Source: Octopus vulgaris
Lineage: Eukaryota
DNA length: 64,000 bases
Assembly (NCBI GenBank): GCA_951406725.2
Contig: OX597827.1
Coordinates: forward strand, 35,588,001 to 35,652,000
Direction: 5' to 3'
The notes beneath the pieces were generated by a model that was not told the origin of the DNA, made no database searches, and saw nothing but the letters and a program-made list of their open reading frames with translations. Position numbers and translations under genes: made by a program. Positions 24,480-37,817 of the stretch are shown here, one piece after another. Numbering within the stretch: position 1 is the first letter of the stretch; every line of letters starts with the position of its first letter.

Positions 24480-26070
24480 GACGTAACCTTAGACCTCGCT
24501 ACAGGAAAGTATTACCCATGCACGAAACCTTATGAGGATACAGTATACATCCACAAGAGCTCAAACCATCCCCCTACTATAATTAGAAACCTGGTTCCAG
24601 GTATTAGTAAATGACTATCTAATCTCTCGAGCAATAGAAAGATCTTTAATAGGGCTGCCCACACCACACTACAATGATGCTTTGGCTAGGAGTGGGTTTA
24701 CTGAAAAGCTCACGTTTGCAGACAACCCCCAAGCACCATCTCGTCACCCCAAAAGGATTAGGAGAAGGCAAATTATATGGTATAACCCCCACTTTCAACC
24801 TAGAAGTTTCCACCAACATAGCTAGGGGCTTCCTGTCGTTAATTAAGAAACACTTCCCTAGAGGCCATAAGTATTATAAACTCTTCAACCCCCCCTCCCC
24901 ATAATGTCAAGGTGAGTACTCCTGCTTAGACAACATTGCACCTAACATCACGTGCATCAACATATGTAAAAAATGCACCCACTCCACCGCCAACCCCAAC
25001 CTGAAACTTCCAAAAACCCATTATGTGCCCTCTAGAAGGATCTTTTCTCTCAAGGGCCGTAGTATACTGAACCACCCTTAACCATCCGATGGCATTACTA
25101 GGCACTATACAGGTATGACAGCTAATGACTTCAAGGAAAGATACTGCCAGCATATGCACTTGTTCAGATTCAGAGGTAGAGAGAACTCTACTTACCTGTC
25201 TTGTTTTCTCTAGAGACTTCGCGATCTCCGAGATGAAATACCCAGCATCCAGTGGACAATTGTTGACAGAGCACCACCATAATCACCCGGTGCCCCCAAC
25301 TGCCAGCTCTGCCTCCGTGAAAAACTGCATATCCTCCAACAACCCACAGCATCCATCAACAAGAAATACAACTTATCATCTTACTGTCACCAGAGATATG
25401 CCCTTCTGACAAATTTCAGGGTTTTGAACTGCCGACAAACTGGATATACCACCTTAACACTAGCTGCTACTTTGCACTGCCTGCACCATGCTCACCACTA
25501 CCAACCCCATGAGCAGGACACCGTTTACCAATCCCCAATGCTTACCAATCCCCAATGTTTACCAATTTCCAATGCTTACCAATCGCCAACGCTTGTTTTA
25601 CGCATGCACTGATATGCATGCATACATGCATGTGAATATACATATGTACATATGAAGTTGCATGTGTGTGTGTGTGTGTGCATGCATGCCCATGCACAGA
25701 TGTGCTCACTCGCATCAATATACACATTCATGCAAAACTACATGAGCGCATCTGCACACCCACATATAGAACTATATACTTGCACATGCCACCCCTTCCT
25801 ACTCACCCCCCAACAACCTGACCGACTTCTAGTCTGTTTCCTGTCCTCCACGTAGTCAATTTTCTGTTTACCATGTGTTCTTTTCCAACTAACTGTTACC
25901 CATATATCAACATCAAACCTCTATGTGACCTTCCTTGACCAATCGCAGCCCACCTTACAGAAATAACAATCAACTTCTGTCATTCAAATCGAAAATGGCT
26001 GACGACAAGGACATTGTGCTTGAAACTCAAAAGTACCAATGAATTTGAATCAAATTGTTTTGATTCATAT
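24480..26070 (+). mobile_element. Penelope-like element 3' half (frameshifted) with terminal hammerhead
   Basis: HKSSNHPP.IIRNL, RRRQIIWYNP, FLSLIKKHFPRGHKYYKLFN, GMTANDFKERY..H, CQLCLREKLHIL. Hammerhead at 25996-26038. Confidence 0.8.
25996..26038 (+). ncRNA. Minimal type I hammerhead motif
   Basis: TGG-CTGACGA-C-AAGGAC att GTGCTT-GAAAC tcaaaa GTA-CCA. Core intact, one stem II mismatch. Confidence 0.65.
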
Positions 26071-26379
26071 ATATATGTGTGTGTGTGTATCCTTCAACAA
26101 TGTAAATTAGTGGGAAACTATAAACATTGATGAGAAATATCAATAAACCTGTGCTTTCATACATAAATCCCTTGTGATGTTTGTTTCATCCAAATTACAT
26201 AGGCAATCACATATCACTCTCAGTATCACAATTGCAGTGACCTTATAATTGGTCCGTTAGAAACTTATTCACAAAATGATATAAAATAAATTTTAAAAAT
26301 TAATAAATGGTCAACAACTCACATTACAAACACAGATAAGGGCATTCTTAAAAGAGTACAGGTCCCAGATCTTTTTTTT

Positions 26380-27190
26380 TTGTTTAGTCATAAGAGGAGG
26401 AGTAGCGCCTATGACTTTGCTAGACCTTCAAAAGCTGCTGAGATCAATACAGTTGTTCAGCTTGAATATAGCTGGCTGACATCTGCCGAAACAACTTAGA
26501 CATTTTGAGAGGAAGGTTTAGGCAAAGTGGTTAATATAATTGTAGGGGTGATAAGAGGAAGAAATACATGGAGGCTTGAGTGGAGGTGACATACAACTAG
26601 CTTGTTCAAATGAGCAGTAACCACAGTAGTAGCAGTACAGTATGTTGAATGAGGATACAGCACATCTGCAGACCAGATATTCCAGTGTGTTGGTGAGTTG
26701 AATTTTAGACACTCAATTGGATGGCCTTCTTTTGAATAAGTCTAGGAATTACTATATAAGCAGCAGGAGAATCTCCCCAAATGTGGAAGCAGGACTCCAC
26801 TTTTGGATTTCCCTTGAGCTCTGAAGAGATTTAGTAAGTGATCAGAGCTGAGGTATTTTGGGGATTTGAAGAGAAAGTCTAGTGTTTGGGATGCAGTTTT
26901 TGTTAAGGTATGTGTGTGTGGATCATCGGAAAGATGCCAGGAATTTCTGTGATTTTGCCAAAGACTAGAGAGGTGGTGGTAGAGGTTAGAAGATTGTTTT
27001 CTGGACACATGAAGTGATTGTGTCTTTATCTAGTTGAAGGAAACAAGATTTCCATGTCCCCATTAGAGGCTATTTACAAGGTATTTATGCATATTTTTAA
27101 AGGAAGATATCTAGATTGTATGTCTGCAGAAGATTAAGGAGAAGAGAAGAGATATATCATAAGAGTTGTTAGAAGTGACAGCAGACAGGC
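26380..27190 (-). mobile_element. Decayed CR1/Jockey-group LINE RT C-terminal part (continues across MITE/SINE insertions toward ~28480)
   Basis: KTASQTLDFLFKSPKYLSSDHLLNLFRAQ..., ILYCYYCGYCSFE. Confidence 0.55.
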
Positions 27191-27196
27191 TATTAA

Positions 27197-27418
27197 TCCT
27201 TTCAGTACCAACCCGGCTGAAACCGGCTCTGGCTCTGTAGTACAAATGTCTTGTTTTCATAAGTTTTGAATTAAAATCTTCCACCAAACCTTAGTCACAA
27301 CTTATGTTCCTAACACTAGCTTAATGATAACTAAGTTATTTTACTAAATTCTTTGTGATATTTAAAATTAATTGAAAGAAACACAGAGCATCTCAAAATA
27401 AATACAGTAATGAAAGGG
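27197..27418. mobile_element. piggyBac-like MITE
   Basis: TTAA|tcctttca ... tgaaaggg|TTTA; degenerate CCCTTT termini. Confidence 0.6.
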
Positions 27419-27676
27419 TTTATGTACAGAAGGAAACATAACTGAATCATGGAGTGGCTAATGTGAGTCAGAAAGTGTCTTTTCAGTGCATGGATGCAAT
27501 GATGTGCTTAAACAGGTAAATTTTAATCCAAGAAAGGTGAACAGCGTCCATAAGTGAGCAGCTTAGCTGCAATCAAGTGCAATGACACTGTTTTCCATGA
27601 ACTTCTTAAAGACAAGGGACTGCTAGTAGGTGGAACAGAAGAGCAGGTTTCCAGTAAATTTAGCTCTTTTTTTTGT

Positions 27677-28169
27677 GCCCTTTTAAAGCCTAGCCAGGCT
27701 CATGGGTCCGGTTTCCCGGTTTCTATGGCGTATGCATTCCCCAGCTAGACGGGACGTCAGTTCATCGCAGCGTTACTCATTTTTGCCAGCTGAGTGGACT
27801 GGAGCAACGTGAAATGAAGTGTTTTGCTCAAGAACAGAACGCATCGCCTGGTCCGGGAATCGAAACCACAATCTTACAATCATGGTACTGACACCCTAAC
27901 CACTAAGCCATGTACCTCCACTTCTGCCCTTTTAAAGTCTAGCCAGGCTCATGGGCCCAGTTTCCCAGTTTCAATGGCATATGTGTTCCCCAGCAGGACG
28001 GGACGCCAGTCCATCGCAGTGTTACTCATTTTTGCCAGCTGAGTGAACTGGAGCAACGTGAAATTAAGTGTTTTGCTCAAGAACATAACGCGTGCCCGGC
28101 CCAGGAATCGAAACCACAATCTTACAATCATGATGCTGACACCCTAACCACTAAGCCATGCGCCTTCAC
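27677..28169 (-). mobile_element. Tandem pair of SINE family C
   Basis: Two ~245-bp near-identical units, each starting tgcccttttaaag and ending cactaagccatg..c on the plus strand. Confidence 0.85.
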
Positions 28170-28838
28170 AAATTTAGCTTTACAGGAGTTATACTGGTGG
28201 TCATTGAAGAAGATGAGAAAAATCAATATGTGTGAAGGAAATAGTTGTCAATGGTTGTCTCTATCACTTTTGAGATGCTGGAAGTAAGCTGATGAATGGA
28301 AAATATTGTGGCAGATTTCTAAAATTTCTGGCAGGGTTTTGTGAAAAAAAAAAGTAAAATAAGGGTAAGGGTTAACTTTCAGCACATTGTGGATAATTGA
28401 AAAGACAGTGTCAGACATTGGTGGCATTGTTGGTTTGAAGCAGCCCAAGTTTTTTAATAAGTCTGGCTAAGTTTCCCATTACTTCAAGTTTCATAGGCAT
28501 AGAATGTGTTCACCTCATCAATTGAGGTGGACATATACAAAGCTTTAAGTGACATGAAACTGGATCAAACTGTTATTTAATGCACATAACTTCAACAAGA
28601 TGTGTTAAGGGCTACTTATTCAATCATTTGTTCACTCATTCATTCATTCATGTGTGTGTGTGTGTGTGCATATGAATGTGTATGTATATGTATGTGTGTG
28701 TGTGTGTATGTGTGGGTATATATATATATACTGATTGCTCAACATTTTAAAACTGTTGTAATACTTACAATATTTAATAAAATGATGTAGCGTGAAACGA
28801 TCGTACCAAATTACCGAAGATATTCTTGTTGCTTATTT

Positions 28839-28885
<47 letters not shown>

Positions 28886-29683
28886 TTTATGTTTGTATAT
28901 ATCTATATATAGAGAGAGAGGTAGACAGAGAAAGATTATATACACACAAAAAGCTACCCCAAATAAGTCCTCACCTAACCCCCCAGTCCTAAAATGGAGA
29001 AATGGATGTTAAACCCATGAGTGAAATACACACACAATGATCTGAAGAAACCCCTGTTTTGAGTAGATATTGATGGGAAAATGTTGAGATGTGATGTGAG
29101 TATATGAATATCATTGTACAATGACAGAGAGTGTCATGAGTGTAGCTAGTCATGTGTGACATATTCACTGGTGTATGTATAATTATATATATATATATAC
29201 TGATGACTGTGTGGTCAAGAAGTTTGCTTTCCAACCAAATGAATTCAGGTTAAGTCTCACAGTATACCTTCTTGGGCAAATGTCTTCTACTAGTTTGAGC
29301 CAGCCAAAGCCTTGTGGTGTGGACTTGGTAGATGGAAACTGAAAGAAGCTCACCAAGTGTTTATATGTGTAATGTGGAGGTATATGTATGAGTTTGTGTC
29401 TCCTTGTCTTGTTTGGCATCATGTAATAGTTGCATGGGAGCATCACCATCTATAAGCTGTGTCTTTTGCAGCGAAAAACATGTCTGGCTATGGGGAAATA
29501 TTACATGGCTTGGGAACAGGTGAGGGCTGGTAACAGGAAGAGCATCCAGCTAGAGAAACTCTGCTTCGATAAATTCCATGGTGGTGACAATGACGATGAT
29601 GATATGGTATTTATGTAAGATTGAGAATTTGAGTCTGTTATGTAAGCCTAGTATCATTTGTACTTAACATATTTACTGCTTTT

Positions 29684-29724
<41 letters not shown>

Positions 29725-29726
29725 TA

Positions 29727-29941
29727 GGTGGCGAGCTGGCAGAAACATTAGCGCACCAGGTGAAATGCTTAGCGTTACGTTCTGAGTTCAAATTCTGCCG
29801 AGGTCGACTTTGCCTTTCATCCTTACAGGGTCGATAAATAAAGTACCAGTTTTGCACTGGGGTCGATGTAATCGACTTAATCCGTTTGTCTGTCCTTGTT
29901 TGTCCCCTCTATGTTTAGCCCCTTGTGGGTAGTAAACAAAT
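29727..29941 (+). mobile_element. SINE family A, Tx1-type tail
   Basis: ggtggcgagctggcagaaac...gagttcaaattc...ccttgtttgtcccctctatgtttagccccttgtgggtagtaaac. Confidence 0.85.
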
Positions 29942-29976
29942 ATATATATACACACACACACACATATATATGTATA

Positions 29977-30444
29977 CAGTAAACACTTGCCATATCGCAG
30001 TTCACATGTCACAACTTTTTCTGACTATTGACTAATGTAAATTTATATCACGGACTCCTCAGTATATCACGCGTTTCTGCAACCAATAGGTATTTATATT
30101 TTTCTAGGTTTTAATTATTTCTGTGGTAAGATAAGCATTTTCATGTCTAAAAATTAATAAATAGAAATACAGTACAGTACTGCACTGTATAACACATTAA
30201 TTAGAATATACCAAAAGAAAATACGTAGTGTACTCTGTAGATAAGTAAACAAAGAATCACGTATACTGTATGGAGAAAAGCTCGGGAGGCAAGTGTGTGG
30301 TGTTGTTTTGCATTTATAATAAAATAAATATATACAAATTATAAAAATGATTTAAAAAATTATACACTAATGTTTCTATTTCTTCATGGATTTTCACCTA
30401 TCGCAGGGTTTTTTAAAACATAACACCCATGATAGTCAAGGGAT

Positions 30445-30449
<5 letters not shown>
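29977..30449. mobile_element. pogo/Tigger-like MITE
   Basis: TA|cagtaaacacttgccatatcgc ... gatagtcaagggattacta|TA; degenerate TIRs. Confidence 0.55.
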
Positions 30450-30489
<40 letters not shown>

Positions 30490-30518
30490 TTTTTTTCTCA
30501 GCTTGTTTTTTCTGTGTA

Positions 30519-30556
30519 TCTTTCTGTCGAAGAGCGTAGGCTCGAAACATAAAAGA
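30519..30556 (+). ncRNA. Minimal hammerhead-like motif (variant core) in a pLTR-like fragment
   Basis: TCTTT-CTGTCGA-A-GAGC gtag GCTC-GAAAC ATA-AAAGA. Perfect stems I and II; core has A6U; stem III likely CpG-decayed. Confidence 0.55.
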
Positions 30557-32895
30557 CTTCTTCTATTTCTATTCCTGAGCGCTATACTAATACATTTGTT
30601 TGTTTGTACTCCACCTGCCTTCGTCTTTTGTTTATCTTCGTAAACTTTCCCGTTATATATATATATATATATAAATACACACACACACATATGAATATAT
30701 ATAAGTATACATATATATATGATGTTTATATATAACTGAGTAGAGCTAATACTGAATGTTGGGATGAGTTTAAAGTGCTTTGTTATCAAAAGTATTTTCA
30801 GCATGTTTTTTTTTTTTTGAGATGTTTATAGTTTAATTCCAAGTCAATCCATCAATCCTGACTGAACTGACATGTAATCAAATGCATTAGAAATGTGACC
30901 ATTCTATCTTTTTAGCATTTTCCAATACTGCATTATCTAATATGTCTTTTATTATGATAAGGTGTGATTTAAAAGAAATCTGGCTGCTATTTCTAACAGA
31001 CTGAGTAACCATGAAAGGGTCCCTCGTCTTATGTACACGTGCAAGAGGTGATGGATTCCAGGGTCATTTTAACTTTCTGAAAGAGATGAAATTGCTTCGA
31101 TGTGATTATTATGATTCTCTACATTCATATTACCATATATTGCATGCTAAAGCAGACATTAGAACTCAGTGCAGTCTTTTCACCTTGTCAGATTCTGTTG
31201 AAGTATCAAACCAACATTGAAGACAGACATTAAATGACAATAGAGATGATAATGACAACAATGATAGTGATGATGAGGTATACACTCTGAGCCTTCTTTT
31301 ATACAGAAGAGTAAAAGAAAGTAAAGAAAAATTTGCATAAAATGAATTTCACTGCAAATGCAAACATAGGCACAGACATGGCTCCGTGGTTGAGAGCCTT
31401 GCTTGCCAACCATGTGGTTTTGAGTTCAGTGCTATAGTATTACACCTTAGGCAAGAGTCTTCTACTATAGCCCAGGGCTAAGCAAAGCCTTGTGAGCAGA
31501 TTTGATAGATGGAAATCAAAAGAAGCCTATCATGTATGTTTGTGTGTGATCGTGTCTTGACATCACCTGATGGTTGTAAATGAGCATCACTGTCACACAA
31601 TGTTATTTGTTTCCAGTCTTTTGTGAAAAGCATGTCTAGTCATGAGAATTATTATTTTGTTTGAAAACAGGCAAGGGTTGGCAACAGGAAGGGCATCCAG
31701 CTGCAGAAAATCTGCTTCCATGAATTTTGTCATATAAGTAAGGAAAAGTAGACATTAAATGATGATCATGGTGAATCTCACTGTAAATATTAATATTGGT
31801 TCCAAGTTCTGGCACAAGGCCAGCAAGTTTGGGGAAAGGGCTAAGTTGATTAAATCAACCCCAGTGTCCAACTGGTACTTATTTTATTAACTCCAAAATG
31901 ATGAAAGGCAAAGCTGACCTTGGTGGAATTTGAACTCAGAACATAAAGACAGACGAAATTTTGCTAAGCGTTTTGCCTGGCACGCTAACAATTCTTCCAG
32001 TTTGCTGCCATTGCTGTAAATATTAATAATACTATATATCTCAAGGTGGCAAGCTGGCATAATTCTTAGCAAGCCAGGCAAAATGTGTTGCGGCATTTCA
32101 TAGATCTTTATGTTCTGAGTTAAAATTCCACCAAAGTCAATTTGCTTTTCATCTTTTCGGGGTCAATAAAATTAGTACTACTTGTCCATATGTTTGGAAA
32201 ACATCAGTAATGAATGATATTTTTGAACATGTGTCAATGCTTGTCATTGGGACATTGATTTTTCTATTTTAATAGTAAATAATTCATGAAAATCTGTTAT
32301 CAAAAATGCAGTCTTTTACACTATTTTTTAAAAGATGCTTCTTTTTAAGATTGGTTTCTATGGTACAGGGAAAACTGATTTCTGAAGTATATCACACCTG
32401 TGTATTTGAGATGTTCATTTTAGAACTGAACTATGCAGGTTTCAGTTTGATCCCACTTTGCAGTATCTTGCACAAATGTTTTCTACCATACTCACAGGTT
32501 GAGCAAAGACTTACGAGTACAATTTGTCGAAACAACCATTTTTTTGTTTGTGGGTTTTGTGATTTAATCCATCACCCAGTTTAACAACTGGCCCCCTAGA
32601 ATGCCTTAGCAGATTCTACTTAGCATTTGTGTCAGGCCACTAACCTGAGAATATCTTCCTACTACCAGTCCAGAGGCCAAAAAAAGCATCATTGATATTA
32701 CCCTCTATTCTCCAAGTCAGCTGTATAAAAAACAAGAAAGAAAAATCATGTTTTTATTTTACTGTTAGTACAAGAGTGACTCAAGGGTAATTGCTAGAAA
32801 GTGGCATAATATTGGTTTCATTTAAAATGGAATTCATGTCTAGAATACTGTTAAGAGCACTAAGGTTGTATTTTTCAGTGAATACATTTGTTAAT

Positions 32896-33012
32896 GAGGT
32901 AATTAGGTTAAAGGTAACTAACTAGAGCCTGATTTATGTGAAAAATCAGGCTCTAGTTAGTTACCTTTGACTAAATCAAGCTCTAGTTAGTTACCTTTAA
33001 CCTATTTACCTC
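32896..33012. repeat. Foldback with a duplicated right arm
   Basis: Arm gaggtaattaggttaaaggtaactaactagagcctgattt is followed by two inverted copies aaatca(g/a)gctctagttagttaccttt. Confidence 0.9.
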
Positions 33013-34208
33013 TAGGAAATCAGGAAAGGAACATATCTTTCATCTTTTGCTTAGTTCAGTCATTAGACTGCAGCCATGCTGGGGCACCACCTTGAAGGGT
33101 TTAGTTGAACAGATCAACTCTAGTGCTTATTTTTAAGCCTGGTACTTATTCTACTGGTCTCTTCTGCCAAACTGCTAAATTACAGGAATGTAAGCAAACC
33201 AACACCAACTATCAAGTGGTAGGAGAACAGACACAAAGATGCATGCCGACACACACACATCCCAATAAGCTTCCAGTTTCTATTTACTAAATTCACTTAT
33301 AAAGCATTAGTCAGCCTGAGGTTCTGTGCTCGTGGGACTGAACCCAAAACCACATGGTTTCAAAGTCAGTTTCTTATCCACACACCCATCCCATGCCCAT
33401 TGAAATATGTGTTTTTATCTTTTAATAGTCAAGTCAGAGGAAAAAAGGCAATAACCAACGACCTGTGCTCTCCTTTCCAGGGCCTCTCTTATGGGTGGAA
33501 GGAAGGAGTGAAGTTAACCTCAGATCAGAAATATGTTCAAATATATACAACAGAGTGGACAGCACTAAGGTCACTATTTCACAAAGGAGTGGAGTTAAAA
33601 ATCAAACAACAGATTAAGTCATCCAGGACACAAATGGAACTTCCACAGTTTCCATCTCCCAAATTTTACTCAAAAGGTCTTGGTCAACCATAAGCTGTGG
33701 TACAAACTACTTTCTCATAGGGATATGCAATGAAACCATAGGGTTGCAAAACAAGCTTCTCAACTGTCCAGTGATATCTATGACCACACCTTAACAACCC
33801 AGCTATGTCAATGACTATATCTTAACTACCCAGCCTGATAAGGGTGTTAAATCACATAACTAAATAAAACCTTACTGCCCAATGAGAGGAGTGTCAATTT
33901 TACCATAGAAAGCTCACTGAACATGAATGTTCTAAGTTTCTTATCTGAGATCTTTACATGCTATTTTGTTGCTTTGTGTCTTAGTATAAATGTTTACAAG
34001 AAATTCGCTCCAGTATTTTCTACACGCTATGTGATGAAGTAACAGGACATCTACATACAAACAATAGAGGATGGATTTGTGTGGAGTACAGTTGATTTTC
34101 TTCATTATCTGATGTAAATGGAAACTGACAAATGTTGGGCTGATTAGAGAATCCATAGACACTTCTTATACATACACACACACATACTTTGAAATTTTAA
34201 TTATATCA

Positions 34209-34241
<33 letters not shown>

Positions 34242-34790
34242 TATTATTATTATTATTATTATTCATTTTGTTCATCATGTACAAATATGTATGTATTCAT
34301 CATTATTTTATTTATTTATTTCAATTTTAGAAAAATTGAAGCATGTCTTTGACAAATACATTAAATGAGTTTAATTTTGGTGCATAACTTTTTGCCCACT
34401 CAGTATGTATATGGAGAAATGATTGGTGCTAAGGAAAGGTAGGCAAGTAGTAGTTTCTTTAGTAGTTCTTTCAGTATAAAGAAAGGAAATAATATAACAG
34501 TGAGAATATTAAATGAAGATGATGTCAAATGTTGTGTGAACCTGTACACAAGTAAAGAAAATCCATATTTAATGAGTAGATGTAGTCCCAAGAATTAGCG
34601 ACTTCGAGAAATTCCCTGGTATAAACTGATAGTATATTTGACTGCTATGCATGTTTTGATTGTAGAAATTTGGGAGATTATATACTTTTGAATGTTAAAA
34701 TACTTTCAAATTATGTATTTAATCAAGCATACCTTGTCAGTAAAATCTGATGCAGGACAGATTTTATGGGCAAGGCCAATCAGCAGAAGA

Positions 34791-35013
34791 CCCTTTAGCA
34801 TTTAAACCAACCATGTCTGGCCCAAATGTTCTACCTAGTTTCTATGTTCAAAGTGGCCAGATTTCGTCTCTCAGACCTATCCTGACAATATCATTCTTAA
34901 AATAAACAATCACATTGCTGAAATCTCAAAGCTATGAGATAATGCATGATTAATTAAAAACAATGTGAATAAATAAGCATTACATTTGATAGAGTAATTT
35001 GAATGCTAAAGGG
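34791..35013. mobile_element. piggyBac-like MITE
   Basis: TIRs CCCTTTAGCATT / AATGCTAAAGGG|TTAA. Confidence 0.75.
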
Positions 35014-35313
35014 TTAAAGTATAGACCAGGAATGAGATAATTGCCTCAGCTGGACTCACTTGCAGTAATATTTGTTTATGTTAATTCCTCATTTCTCATT
35101 TACTGTTATTACTCGCTTAAAAAAAAGAAAATATTAATTAATCACAAAATAAGAGCTTTTATCTAAATTGAACGGTTATCAGCAAAGATGGTGGGGAATT
35201 TGACAGGTGACACTAATAAATTCTGAGAACAATGACCAGAAGAATGAGGACGATGTTGTGAATTTAATGTGTTTGTGTTACATACATCATCTATATATAT
35301 ACATAAATATATA

Positions 35314-35395
<82 letters not shown>

Positions 35396-35414
35396 GCACA
35401 TATATATATATATA

Positions 35415-35707
35415 TATATGTGCATATATATATATATATACATTAATAAAACGAATTCCAACCTTGTCTGATTTTCACGTTTTATTTACAATCTTATAAT
35501 GATATAAGGTAATATAATATAATAAAATAAAATAAAATAATAGAATGTTAAATGTTCATTCTGATTGAACATTTAACATTCTATTATTTTATTTTATTTT
35601 ATTATATTATATTATCTTTATATTATATCATTATAAGATTGTAAATAAAACGTGAAAATCAGACATGGTTGGAATTCCTTTTATTAATGTATATATATAT
35701 ATATATG

Positions 35708-35715
<8 letters not shown>
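35415..35715. repeat. Near-perfect long hairpin (7-nt loop at ~35562), arms extending into (AT)n
   Basis: cattaataaaacgaattccaacc.tgtctgattttcacgttttatttacaatcttataatg...aatgttca TTCTGAT tgaacatt... mirrored to ttttattaatg. Confidence 0.92.
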
Positions 35716-35759
<44 letters not shown>

Positions 35760-35819
35760 TACATATATATATATACATATATAAATATATATATATATAC
35801 ATATATACATATATATATA

Positions 35820-35851
<32 letters not shown>

Positions 35852-35953
35852 AATGCTGCACCCCTTATTCCTTCGAAATTAGGAATATGCAGCCTTCGAA
35901 ACATGTCGAAAATAAAGGAATTTTGTTAATTCATCGTTCAACTCCATTCTTTC

Positions 35954-36003
<50 letters not shown>

Positions 36004-36819
36004 CCAGCAGCAGTTGGGGTTGGGATCTGGCCAACTTCACAACAGGCAGTATAAGAACAAGGCAATCAGATAGATGGATATCTTGCTATCTTCACACACA
36101 CACAGTATTTAGCAGTCAAAATACAGTTATATAACAGTTGTTTCTTTTAGAAAGACAAAGTCTAGTTTGCAGAGTGGAGAAGAATAAAGTCAAATGATTT
36201 AATCCTAGTATATCATTGGCAGATATTTTATTGAGTGATAAAGCTATGTCTCAGCTATGAACTATATTGTATGTAGATCAGTTTTCTCTTTCAAGTACAC
36301 AATCTAATGTCAGTGAACAGCAATAATATGAGAAATGTATTGGCTGAGAACTTCCTTATTGTCACTAGTCGACTAGTGAAAATGCTTAAGGGAGGTAACT
36401 GATCCACAACTACTATTTTCTGAAATTAAGTAAAATAGAGAAAATGGATTACAAATTAAAACGGTGACATAAACAATAATTTAAAACTTTCATAAAGTTA
36501 GTTCAACAATTATAAAGAGAGGTAACTGCCTTTACTGAAACAGGTTTGGTGAAACAAACAGGAGAAACAGAACTCAATGTATGAGCAAATGTTTTCCTTA
36601 ATCATCAGAAAAGTTAGTAAAGAGACTCAAAGGCCAAGAGTTTGGTAAGTGGCATAAAACAGTTGGCTTTTGACTCATTCTCATACCTTTTCTACTAATC
36701 TAATATATATATGTATGTTATTATGGTTCTCGTTTTGTTAAATAAATAAACAAGTTAACATTCTAATATCTTAAAGCTGATAAACCAACTAAATTGTTTC
36801 TCCATTTTCTTATTTGTAT

Positions 36820-36865
<46 letters not shown>

Positions 36866-36868
<3 letters not shown>

Positions 36869-37183
36869 GTGCAGGAGTGTCTGTGTGGTAAGTAGCTTGC
36901 TTACCAACCACATGGTTCCAGGTTCAGTGCCACTACATGGCACCTTGGCCAAGTGTCTTCTACTATAGCCTCGGGCTAACTAAAGCCTTGTGAGTGGATT
37001 TGGTAGACGGAAACTGAAAGAAGCCCATTGTATAAATGTATATGTATATATATATATATATATATATTTATAATTAATCATTTTAATTTTCTCCTGGTTT
37101 ACGGAATTGATGTTATTTTGCAGTTGAAGCTTTTGGCTGTTATTTCTAGTGGGTGAATGGCCTATTATGGCCGTTCCTTGATT

Positions 37184-37246
<63 letters not shown>

Positions 37247-37440
37247 CTGTGCTTGTCCCCGCATCTCGCTTGACAACCGATGCTGGTGTGTTTACGTCCC
37301 CGAAACTGAGCGGTTCGGCAAAAGAGACCGATAGAATAAGTACTAGGCTTACAAAGAATAAGTCCTGGGGTTGATTTGCTCGACTAAAGGCAGTGCTCCA
37401 GCATGGCCACAGTCAAATGACTGAAACAAGTAAAAGAGAG
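36866..37440 (+). mobile_element. SINE family B, well preserved, with an insert in its central microsatellite
   Basis: ggtgcaggagtgtctgtgtggtaag head, ggttcagtgcc B-box-like motif, tail ...ggccacagtcaaatgactgaaacaagtaaaagag. Confidence 0.85.
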
Positions 37441-37442
37441 AG

Positions 37443-37475
<33 letters not shown>

Positions 37476-37817
37476 ATATATATATATATATTTGTATATA
37501 TATGGATAGAAAAAAAATCTTAAATGTATTCAGGTCTTTGTTCTAGATTGTAACAGAATAGATATCTTCAAATGCCTTAATAGAGAGGTCTGGGATGATG
37601 TCAACACAGTTTAATTCTGTTTCAGTTTTGTTACAAACACCAAAAAAATATTTTATTGATGTCAATGAAGAAAAGTTTTATAAAATATATATATATATAT
37701 AAAATGCATGTTTAATATATAAAATACATGTATGGACATATGAAATGCCCCACCCACACTATTCCAAGCTGAGTCTGGCTTAGTCACAATTTATGAAGAA
37801 ACACAACAGGTTGTTTT

